Assembly (NCBI GenBank): GCA_040757175.1
Contig: JBFLXM010000080.1
Span: 213-64,212, forward strand
Reading direction: 5' to 3'
DNA: 64,000 nt
DNA from: Thermodesulfobacteriota bacterium
GTDB taxonomy: Bacteria > Desulfobacterota > Desulfobaccia > Desulfobaccales > 0-14-0-80-60-11
Shown here: positions 1-7,761 of the stretch, in pieces
Numbering within the stretch: position 1 is the first letter of the stretch
How the letters are laid out: each line of letters opens with the position of its first letter
Program-made: the position numbers and the translations under genes
Notes under the pieces: model-generated
The model's database searches: none
What the model was told of the DNA's origin: nothing
Seen by the model: only the letters and a program-made list of their open reading frames with translations

Positions 1-79
1 TTCGCAGAGGTCTCGACTTGGTATTAGTCGCCCCGGCTCAAGACCGGGCCACCCGATAACTGGTATGGAAATAACCTGG

Positions 80-176
80 GAAGATTAAAGGAAGATTAAT
101 CGAAGATTAAGATGTTCTAATTTTTGAAAAAAACTTAAACATCCGGCGTCTTGCTTTGCGCCTTTGCGCCTTTGCG
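80..176. repeat. Two short-tandem-repeat blocks just downstream of the histidine-kinase stop: (GAAGATTAA+2 nt)x3 at 80-110 and (CTTTGCGC)x3 at 154-176
   Basis: Read directly: gaagattaa at 80, 91, 102 (period 11); ctttgcgc at 154, 162, 170 (period 8); non-coding. Confidence 0.8.
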
Positions 177-182
177 TGAAAC

Positions 183-1616
183 CTATCTTTTCGGCACCGG
201 AGGAATTGGGGCGGGGCAATCTGCGGGCAGGGAAACCGTGAAGGTGCTGCCCCGGCCCGGGGTGCTTTCCACTTCTATGCGGCCCCCATGGGCCACAGCC
301 AGGGATTGGGCGATGCTCAGCCCCAGACCGGCCCCGCCGCCGCTCTGGGTCCTGGCCCCGGCGGCCCGGTAAAACCGGTGGAAGATCTGCTTCTGCTCCT
401 CCTGGCTCAAACCCATGCCGGTGTCCGAGACCGCCAAATGGGCCGATTGGCCGTCACCGCGCAGGGAGAGGGTGACCCGGCCGCCCGGGGGGGTGTATTT
501 AATGGCGTTGTCGATCAGGTTCAACAGCAGCCTCTGGAAGTGCTCCCGGTCCCCCTGGATGACGGCAGGCTCCACCTTATCATAATCAAGGCTGACCCCG
601 TGGTTCTCCGCCAATAGCCGCATCTGCGCGGCCACCTCTTTAAGGAGTTCGTGCAACTCCAAGGGCTGTAAATCCAGCCGCAATACCCCCCGGTCCGCCC
701 GGGCCAGCAACAGGAGGCCGGCCACCAGGGCACTGATTCTATCGATCTCCTCCAGGCTGCTCAGGAGAACTTTCTTGTACTCCTCCGGACTGCGGGGGGA
801 GCGCAGGGCCACTTCCATTTCGCCCTTCAAGATGGTGAGGGGGGTTTGCAGTTCATGGGCCGCATCCGCGCTGAACCGGCGGATCTGGCCCAAGAAGTCA
901 TCCAGCCGGCCCAGCATGTCGTTCAGGGTCTGGGCCAGCCGGTCCAATTCATCCCCGGTGCCCGTCTCCTGGACCCGGCCCGCCAGATTCTCCCCGCTGA
1001 TGCGGCGGGCCGCCTGGGTCATCTCATCCACGGGTTTAAGGGCCCGCCGGGCCAAAACCCAGCCGCCCACGGACGCCAACAGCAACCCGAGAGGCAGAAG
1101 CGCGCCCATAATCAAGAGAAAGCGACGCCGGGTTTGGTACAAACTTTCCAGGGAGATGCCCACCTGCACCAGGTTGATCACCCGTCCGGCCTTAATCACC
1201 GGCATGGTCAGGACCCGGAAGGGGTAGGGGCCGGCGCCCTCCAGGGTCTCGAAGGTGGATACCCCCCGCAGGGCCTGCTCCAGGGTTTGGGGGCTGAGGG
1301 GGAGTTGGGCCGGGGAGCCGGGCCGGGATAAATCCCGCCGGCCCCGGGTGTCAAACAACTCCAGGGAAGGATTTAGCGGCGAGAAGCCGAAGAAGTGGCG
1401 AAAAAGCTCATCCACCCCCCGGGGCAAGAAGGCGCGGCCCTCGGCCCGGGCCTGCTCCGCCGACATCTTGGCCACCCCCTCCAAAGCCGCGTCCAAGTCG
1501 TGGGAGAGGCTGTAGGTTAAAAGACCATAGGCCGCCCCCCCCAAGACCAGGAGGATGACACAGAGAATGCCGGTGTACCAGCAAGTGAGGCGCGCCCCGA
1601 TGGACCTGATGCCCAT
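183..1616 (-). CDS. Heavy-metal-type (CusS/CopS-like) sensor histidine kinase
   Basis: 477-aa ORF; two TM segments plus HAMP; H-box 'AAHELQTPLT'; N-box 'LIDNAIKYT'; G-boxes 'DTGMGL' and 'GAGLGLSIA'; starts 4 nt after the response-regulator stop. Confidence 0.85.
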   Translation of the reverse strand: MGIRSIGARLTCWYTGILCVILLVLGGAAYGLLTYSLSHDLDAALEGVAKMSAEQARAEGRAFLPRGVDELFRHFFGFSPLNPSLELFDTRGRRDLSRPGSPAQLPLSPQTLEQALRGVSTFETLEGAGPYPFRVLTMPVIKAGRVINLVQVGISLESLYQTRRRFLLIMGALLPLGLLLASVGGWVLARRALKPVDEMTQAARRISGENLAGRVQETGTGDELDRLAQTLNDMLGRLDDFLGQIRRFSADAAHELQTPLTILKGEMEVALRSPRSPEEYKKVLLSSLEEIDRISALVAGLLLLARADRGVLRLDLQPLELHELLKEVAAQMRLLAENHGVSLDYDKVEPAVIQGDREHFQRLLLNLIDNAIKYTPPGGRVTLSLRGDGQSAHLAVSDTGMGLSQEEQKQIFHRFYRAAGARTQSGGGAGLGLSIAQSLAVAHGGRIEVESTPGRGSTFTVSLPADCPAPIPPVPKR

Positions 1617-1619
1617 GGG

Positions 1620-2291
1620 CTAGTCCCCTTGCAGCACGTAACCCACGCCCCGCACCGTCCGGAGCAATTTCCGCTCCCGGCCGGCGTCGATCTTCTTTCG
1701 CAGGTAGTTGACGTAAACGTCGATGATATTACTCATGGGATCGAAATCATAATCCCAGACATGTTCCCCGATCATGGTCCTGGTGAGCACCCGCCCGGGG
1801 TGGCGCATGAAGTAGTCCAGGAGGGCGAACTCCTTGGTGGACAGGTCTATTTTCTCGGGGCCCCTGGAGACCAGCCGCCGCGCGGGATCCAGGGTGAGGT
1901 CCGCCACCTGGAGCAGCGGCGACGCGGCCTCAACCCGCCTTCTCAACAAAGCCCTGATCCGGGCCAGGAGTTCCTGAAAGGAAAAGGGCTTGGTCAGGTA
2001 GTCGTCCGCGCCGGTATCCAAACCCAGCACCTTATCTTCGATGGCAGCCCGCACGGTGAGGAGCAGTACCGGGGTTTTACCCCGGTGTTGGCGGAACTCC
2101 CGGAGAACCCTGAGGCCGTCCATCTGCGGCAGGTTGAGGTCCAGGATGATCAGATCATAGACCCCATCCAGGGCCCGCAACAGGCCCTCCCGGCCGTCAA
2201 AGGCCACATCGATGGCATACCCCTCTTCCTCCAGCCCCTTCTTGATAAAGCCGGCCACTTTTTTCTCGTCTTCCACCACGAGAATGCGCAT
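1620..2291 (-). CDS. OmpR/CusR-family DNA-binding response regulator
   Basis: 223 aa; receiver 'MRILVVEDE...DLIILDLNLP'; winged-helix C-terminus 'LSTKEFALLDYF...RTVRGVGYVL'. Confidence 0.9.
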   Translation of the reverse strand: MRILVVEDEKKVAGFIKKGLEEEGYAIDVAFDGREGLLRALDGVYDLIILDLNLPQMDGLRVLREFRQHRGKTPVLLLTVRAAIEDKVLGLDTGADDYLTKPFSFQELLARIRALLRRRVEAASPLLQVADLTLDPARRLVSRGPEKIDLSTKEFALLDYFMRHPGRVLTRTMIGEHVWDYDFDPMSNIIDVYVNYLRKKIDAGRERKLLRTVRGVGYVLQGD

Positions 2292-2347
2292 CAGATGCGT
2301 CTCCCGGCAAGGGAACAGGAGATTAAGGGACGCCCCGGCAGTCCCGG

Positions 2348-4861
2348 CTAACGCCGCCTGCCCCCACCGCCACCGCCCCCACCGCCACCGCCCCGGCCGC
2401 CGCCGCCACCGCCCCGGGCGCCGCCACCACCCCCACCGGAGGGTCGGCTGACGCTGCCGCTGGGCCGGCCGCCGCCGCTGGGACGGGAGAAACTATGACT
2501 GGGCCGGGAGGCCGCGCTGGCCCGCTGGAAGTTCTGGGTGCGCATATCGCCTCGCTGCCGGGCCGCGAAGTCCCGATTCATTTGATTTCTGTTGAAGCTG
2601 GGCTGGGAGGCCGCGGCCGGGCGAGCCGAGGGGGTTGGCCGGGTGCTGGCCCCTGGCCGGGTTGCCGAAGCCGTCGCGGGTTGCCATTGGCCGCCCTGGC
2701 GCTGCTGGTAGTTGCCCTGGTGGTCCCGCTTGTAGACATTGCCGCTGCGGTCGGCCAGGACGTTATTCTTGCCCCCAGCGGGCCGCACTTGCGGTTGGGA
2801 TGGCCGGGGCTTGGCCGCCTGGGCCGGCCTGGTTGCGGGTCTGGATCCGCCCGCCTGGGAGGGTCCTCCCGGCCGGGCGCTGGGACGCTCTCCCGGGCCC
2901 TGACCGGGACGACTGGGACCGGCTCCGCTTCCCGGTCGGGCGCCAGGTTGGCCGGGCCGGGAAGCCAGCCGGTTCTCGTTCCCCGGGCGGTTATAGAGAT
3001 TGTTATGGGGACTGACCACCGGGTGGTGGATGGGCCGGCCGTTGGGACGATGATCCGGGCGCCGGTTGATCACGTTATTATGGATATTATTGATGTTGAC
3101 GTTGTTGTAGCCTCCGGCTCCCCACCAGCCGCCGCCGCCATAATAAGGCCCATGGCCCCACCAGGGGCTGGTGACCGCGCCCACGGCCATGCCCGCGGCA
3201 AAGCCCATCAGCCCGGGGACGAGCCAACTGGCCGGATTGTAATACGGGGTCTGATACCCCCAGGTCCCGGCGTAGGGGTTATAAGCCGCGGCGTAACCAT
3301 AAGTGGCCGGGGGCGGAATATAGGCCTCCGGGCTGGAATATCCCGCATAGCTGTAGCCGGTGCCATAGGCCACCGTGCCGTTGTCCACGTAGGAGCCGGT
3401 GTAGCCCGGGGTATAGCCCACGGTGACCGTGTCCTCCGTGGAATCATAGACCTTGACGTACTTGGCGTTGTAGCGGGGGTTGCTGGGGGGAATCTTGTTT
3501 ACTTCGGTGGGAGGATTCGCCGACACGGTCCAGGGGCCGTTGGGAGAATCGGCTTCGTACCATACCCCCTGGTCCACCGCGTAGTATTTGGTCCCTTCCT
3601 TGAAAACCGCGGCGCCGGTGTTTACCGCGTACTCCAGGTTGGTGTCGGCAATTTTCTCAAACTGGGGCTCCCCGGCGTATTCCACTTTGGTGGTGGCCTT
3701 TTTCCGGTCGATGACCGCGGTCTGGGGAATGGAGTTCTCCAGGACCGCCTCCTTGGCCTGGGGGGTGCCGGCGACGCTCACCAGGACCAAGCCCTTCACC
3801 GAGTTTTCCGGGATCTTGGCAAAGTCGGGGGGGAGTTGGGCCGGGGCCGCGTAGGTCCAGGGGCCCTCGGCCAGGGACTTGGTCTTGAACCAGCGGCCGG
3901 AAATAAGGGCATAATAATCCTGGGACGCGGTGTCCATGAAGATATTGCTCTCAGTATTGCTCAGGTACAGAAGGTTCGTGTCTTTAATGGGGGTGTATTG
4001 GGGCTCCCCAGCGGTGGCCAGAAGCTCCGCCGGCACGGTGCTGACGATGATCTCCGGCATCTTCCCCGCCTTGGCTTCCACTTTTTTCGGGGCGCCCTGG
4101 CCCGGGGCGGCTTTCTGAGCTGCCGCTTCCAAGGTTCTGATGGCCTCCGGGATCTGGTCCACGTCTCTCCAAGGACCCTGGAGATCCCCCGCGGCCAGCC
4201 AGGCTTCCCCACCCTTCAGGTAATAGGTCTTGGCCCCGGTATCATAAAGCATAAGGAAAGGCGTGTTCGCCACCCGCATGAGGGAGGATTTGGGCAGGGG
4301 GAGCAGCTTGGGGTCCCCGTCCAGGGGGACCAGCACTGCGGGATGGCTAACGAAGATGATCCGGGGAGGATCGTTGTTCAGACCCCGGTCTCCGGCCTGT
4401 TCCTTCTCCACCACCTCCAGGGCGGCCAGGAGCCGGTCCAGGGAGATGGGGAGGCTCAAATCCGCCATCTCGGTGTTCAGAAAGGTCTTCAATTTCTCCA
4501 CCTGCTCCGGCTTGGCGTCGGGAAACTTGGCCTCCGTGACCTTGACCTGGTCAATGGTGGCCATGCGGGTGTCCCGGTCGGTGAGGACCCGGCCCGAAAG
4601 CCAGACGGCCCCGAACAGCGGGGCCTTCATGCCCTTGGTCTGCACCGACACCGCGGCCCGGGCCGTGAGCTTGTCGTCCTTGAAGTCCTCCAATTGCGGC
4701 TGGTACATGACCACCGCGCCTTTGGGGTGTTGGAAACGCTTGGGCCATTTATCCTGGGCCGCCAGGACCGGCCGGCCCCCGGCCAGGACCAGGGCCAGAA
4801 CCGGCAGGATGGCCATTCCCATAAGCTTCCAGACCGAACGCTTTCTGTTCATGGCTGACAA
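2348..4861 (-). CDS. Secreted repeat protein of unknown function, with a Tyr/Gly-rich segment, one hydrophobic helix and a long Arg/Pro/Gly/Ser-rich tail ending in poly-Gly-RRR
   Basis: 837-aa ORF; signal peptide 'ILPVLALVLAGGRPVLA'; three YY..GxW..GPW..IP motif copies; tail '...SRPSGGGGGGARGGGGGGRGGGGGGGGGGGRRR'; same strand and 56 nt upstream of the RR gene. Confidence 0.75.
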   Translation of the reverse strand: MSAMNRKRSVWKLMGMAILPVLALVLAGGRPVLAAQDKWPKRFQHPKGAVVMYQPQLEDFKDDKLTARAAVSVQTKGMKAPLFGAVWLSGRVLTDRDTRMATIDQVKVTEAKFPDAKPEQVEKLKTFLNTEMADLSLPISLDRLLAALEVVEKEQAGDRGLNNDPPRIIFVSHPAVLVPLDGDPKLLPLPKSSLMRVANTPFLMLYDTGAKTYYLKGGEAWLAAGDLQGPWRDVDQIPEAIRTLEAAAQKAAPGQGAPKKVEAKAGKMPEIIVSTVPAELLATAGEPQYTPIKDTNLLYLSNTESNIFMDTASQDYYALISGRWFKTKSLAEGPWTYAAPAQLPPDFAKIPENSVKGLVLVSVAGTPQAKEAVLENSIPQTAVIDRKKATTKVEYAGEPQFEKIADTNLEYAVNTGAAVFKEGTKYYAVDQGVWYEADSPNGPWTVSANPPTEVNKIPPSNPRYNAKYVKVYDSTEDTVTVGYTPGYTGSYVDNGTVAYGTGYSYAGYSSPEAYIPPPATYGYAAAYNPYAGTWGYQTPYYNPASWLVPGLMGFAAGMAVGAVTSPWWGHGPYYGGGGWWGAGGYNNVNINNIHNNVINRRPDHRPNGRPIHHPVVSPHNNLYNRPGNENRLASRPGQPGARPGSGAGPSRPGQGPGERPSARPGGPSQAGGSRPATRPAQAAKPRPSQPQVRPAGGKNNVLADRSGNVYKRDHQGNYQQRQGGQWQPATASATRPGASTRPTPSARPAAASQPSFNRNQMNRDFAARQRGDMRTQNFQRASAASRPSHSFSRPSGGGRPSGSVSRPSGGGGGGARGGGGGGRGGGGGGGGGGGRRR

Positions 4862-4905
4862 CTCCTTAAGGGGACTTAAACTCTTTCATAATCACTCAGG
4901 GGCCA

Positions 4906-6183
4906 TTAATCCATCATGCCGATGCGCCGGTCCACCTGCTCCGTCACTTTGATCCCCTGGGCCTCAAGCTGGCGGCGGGCCAGGGGCGAAACCGCGCCCG
5001 TCACCCAGAGCTCAATCCTGGCCGGGCCGGCCCCCTGGCGGCGGGCCAAGGTCTTCTTCACCACCCCCTCGGCCCGCACGGTCCAGACCCCGTAGTCCAG
5101 GGGGAAGGGAATAAACACCGTGCCATCGGCCGTCCGGGCCAGGATGATCCCCGGCGCGGTGATGTCCCGGATGGGGGAGACCGTTTGCTGATAGGCCGCC
5201 AGGAGTTCGGCCATATTTTGCATAAAGTTGGCCGTGCCCTCGTCATGGGCCTGCAAGGCAAAATTGATAAACGCCTCCCGGCCCCGGGCCCCGGACAACT
5301 TTTCCAAGCTGGCCACGATCACGGTCTTATGGCGCGGGCTGAGCTGGGTGTGATTGAGGAATCTCTCCGTCAGGCTCCGGTCCACCCCCATGGCCTGGAG
5401 CTTGCGTTCATTGAGGTTGCGGAGGGAGCTGGGCGATTCATCCCGGAGCAGCCGGTTGACTTCCCCCGCGGTTTGGGACATCCGGCTGAGACCCACCACG
5501 GTCCCGCCGCCATAGGGGATAGCCGCGGAGAGACCCAGGGACCCCAGGGCCTGGGCCTTGCTCAGGCCGTCCAGTTCATTTTGCAGCACCCGGTTGCTGG
5601 AGTAGACGTCCACCCCCAGGTCATAGGCGATCTTCCGCTTGGCGTCGGAGACGTTCAAAAGCTGTTGGCGCACGCTGTCCCGCCGGGGCTCCCGGGGTTT
5701 CTGCAGGCCCGTGGCGATGTTGTCGAACAGCTTGGCCACCCCCTGGGGAACGCTGGCCAGGGTGGCGCCGGGATCATCAATGAGTTGGGCCCCAAACTCC
5801 AGGGTTTCCTGGGCCTTGCCCCTCACCCCTTCCACGAAGGCCTCGCCCTTACTCGTTTTTTTCAGCGCGGCAATAGCCTGAATTTCCTTGATGAGCTTGC
5901 GCAGGCCGTACTCGCCGGTGACCGTGAAGGTCCCGTAATCCGAATTGACCGTGAAGCGGAGCATGTAGCCGTCCGCGGCCACCCGGTCCTGCACCCGGAA
6001 GTGGGGGCCGGACCTCAGGTTAGAGGGCAACACTTCGGAGGCCCGCTTGGCGCTGGGCGCCTCGTACTTGGCCGCCGCCAGGGCCATCCCGGTGGAGACG
6101 ATTAATGCCAAGAGTATGGAGGTCAATACACCCGGGAAAAGGCCCTTTGCCGTTTTCCCTATCCCTTGAAACCAGTTCTTCAT
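4906..6183 (-). CDS. Hypothetical N-terminally membrane-anchored protein (function unknown)
   Basis: 425-aa ORF; single N-terminal hydrophobic helix 'VLTSILLALIVSTGMALAAA'; 44 nt upstream of the 837-aa gene on the same strand; high third-position GC. Confidence 0.7.
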   Translation of the reverse strand: MKNWFQGIGKTAKGLFPGVLTSILLALIVSTGMALAAAKYEAPSAKRASEVLPSNLRSGPHFRVQDRVAADGYMLRFTVNSDYGTFTVTGEYGLRKLIKEIQAIAALKKTSKGEAFVEGVRGKAQETLEFGAQLIDDPGATLASVPQGVAKLFDNIATGLQKPREPRRDSVRQQLLNVSDAKRKIAYDLGVDVYSSNRVLQNELDGLSKAQALGSLGLSAAIPYGGGTVVGLSRMSQTAGEVNRLLRDESPSSLRNLNERKLQAMGVDRSLTERFLNHTQLSPRHKTVIVASLEKLSGARGREAFINFALQAHDEGTANFMQNMAELLAAYQQTVSPIRDITAPGIILARTADGTVFIPFPLDYGVWTVRAEGVVKKTLARRQGAGPARIELWVTGAVSPLARRQLEAQGIKVTEQVDRRIGMMD

Positions 6184-6682
6184 CTGCTTTTCCCCTGTTA
6201 TCTGAGATTTTTATAGTTATCGGGGCAAACCGACCAGGATGACGGCCCTGGGCCACCCGCAATCTTCCCCGGCAGCTTTGAAGCCCACGGATATTCCCCT
6301 TCTCTGGATATACTGTCTGGGTAAGAGTAAAGTATAAAACGAGAACTAAAGTTTATAATAAATGTCTTACAGAAACTATCGAAAAGCTTGGCGCATCAAT
6401 GTTGCCTTGCCCCTCCCGGCAGGTATTCTCCGGGGACAATAATTTCCCTATCTGCTCTAGATAGGGGAAGTTTTCATGGTTTTAATAAGTTCTCCAGCCT
6501 GGCAGATCCCCGCAGATGGGATATCCTGGCGCAACACCGGGCCCCATCTCCTCTCCGGAGTTCCCCTATGCTCCGCGGTGGGGCAAACCGCTTACTCCTC
6601 AAGTCCCGAAACCCGTTAATCCCACATAACTTCAGGATCAGCCTCCAGGGGCAGGTCAATTATGGGGGGCATATTTGCGCCA

Positions 6683-7492
6683 TCACTTCTCCATCAGGCG
6701 GTCCAGCAGTTGCTCCACCAGAAAGAGCAGGGATTCCAGGTCCAGGAAGCCGCCCACGGTGGAGTCGAAGAGGAAGTGGGCCTGGGCCTGGAAGTCTTCT
6801 TCCGGCTCCGCATCCCAAAAGAGCAGGAGCACCGGCACCCGGGGCAACGGCCAAAAGACCCCCTGAAAATCCGCGTTTTCCGAAGCCTGGGCCGGCTGCG
6901 CGCCCAGGGCCGCGGCTTGGCTCTGCAGTTGGCCCAGGTGGCCGGCAAAATGTGCGGCCAACTCCTTCTCCAGACGGGCCAGGGTCTTGGCCTTGGAAAC
7001 GGAGTTAGGCAGGCTCTGGTAAGTGATCCAGGTGCCCGTGGGCAAAGCCTTACCCCGGGAGGCGATAAAATTGTAAAGCAAGATGGCATCCCAGGGATTC
7101 GGCGCGGCGCCGGGGGGGTAACGCACCTCGTCCGGGAAGACCAGGAGTTCTTGGCCGAAATAGGAAAACTTGAGGTACGGCCGCCCCTCCTCCTCCCCGT
7201 AGACCGCGCCCAATCCCGGGGCCAGGTCCCGGAAATGGAGAGGCGCGATCTTGGCGTGCATCACCTCCAGGGAAATGGCCAGGGATTCCCGGCGGCGCCC
7301 TTCGCCCTTCTCCTGCTGGCGGCCGATGGCCTCGGCCAGCTCTTGCGCGGCCGGGGGCAAATGGGGGCACCGGGACAGATCTTCCCCTTCCTTAATCACC
7401 CGGGTGGCAAAGGCCAGGCAGGTGGACTGCCCACAATCACCGCAGTTGGTGCGGGGCAGCGCCTTTAGCAATTCCAGTACGGTAAGGGCCAT
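6683..7492 (-). CDS. Putative Fe-S cluster domain protein (RnfB/corrinoid Fe-S protein-type N-terminal motif) with DUF3786-like remainder
   Basis: 269 aa; N-terminus 'LELLKALPRTNCGDCGQSTCLAFATRV...RCPHL' matches the putative Fe-S cluster motif. Confidence 0.65.
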   Translation of the reverse strand: MALTVLELLKALPRTNCGDCGQSTCLAFATRVIKEGEDLSRCPHLPPAAQELAEAIGRQQEKGEGRRRESLAISLEVMHAKIAPLHFRDLAPGLGAVYGEEEGRPYLKFSYFGQELLVFPDEVRYPPGAAPNPWDAILLYNFIASRGKALPTGTWITYQSLPNSVSKAKTLARLEKELAAHFAGHLGQLQSQAAALGAQPAQASENADFQGVFWPLPRVPVLLLFWDAEPEEDFQAQAHFLFDSTVGGFLDLESLLFLVEQLLDRLMEK

Positions 7493-7624
7493 AATCCTCT
7501 CTCGGCTAATAGAGCCAATTTCAACTCAGGCATCTCCTCTGCAAAAAATAGATTTTTAATTGCCTTTGGCAAGCTCCATCCCCAGATTTTTTAACCAAGC
7601 CATCAGCACACAGGCCCATAAAGT

Positions 7625-7669
7625 AATCAGAGATCCTGGCTAAGCTGTACGCCGCCAGGATCTCTGATT
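7625..7669. other. Perfect 16-bp stem / 13-nt loop hairpin between the multicopper oxidase and the Fe-S protein gene
   Basis: aatcagagatcctggc (7625-7640) pairs with gccaggatctctgatt (7654-7669); no flanking U-tract on either strand. Confidence 0.7.
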
Positions 7670-7761
7670 GTTACACCTATTGGGGCCGATCACCGGGGTT
7701 GGTTCCCTGGAAAACTTGCCCAAGTTTCAATCCCTAATCTTTCATTTTCGCGCTCCCGCCA

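Noticed and set aside
2351-2470. The poly-Gly/Arg coding tract (ccgccaccgcc repeats) as a sequencing or assembly artefact or a non-coding repeat
   Set aside because: It stays in frame with an 837-aa ORF whose preceding 250 residues show the same compositional bias, and it ends at a proper stop. It is kept as part of the CDS, though read-level verification would be sensible.
2495-4858. 787-aa plus-strand ORF, together with many other long antisense ORFs (e.g. 1629-2351, 5185-6105, 17177-18076, 18107-19225, 24348-25562, 25785-27128, 35011-35883, 55622-56668, 56670-57947)
   Set aside because: They lie opposite genes with clear family signatures. They are Gly/Arg/Pro/Ala/His-rich low-complexity translations typical of stop-codon-poor antisense frames in high-GC DNA, and they have no recognisable motifs.
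6378-6400. Sigma-54-like TGGCGC-N-TTGC at ~6380, and TGGGAT...TTTGCA at ~30335
   Set aside because: The GG to GC spacing is 13 nt rather than the required 10-11 nt. The first lies on the strand opposite to the nearby genes.
6388-7008. 206-aa plus-strand ORF and the 61-aa ORF 6474-6659 in the spacer upstream of the 425-aa gene
   Set aside because: The larger ORF overlaps the Fe-S/DUF3786-like gene in antisense and is Pro/Gly/Arg-rich. The smaller has no RBS, motif or compositional support.
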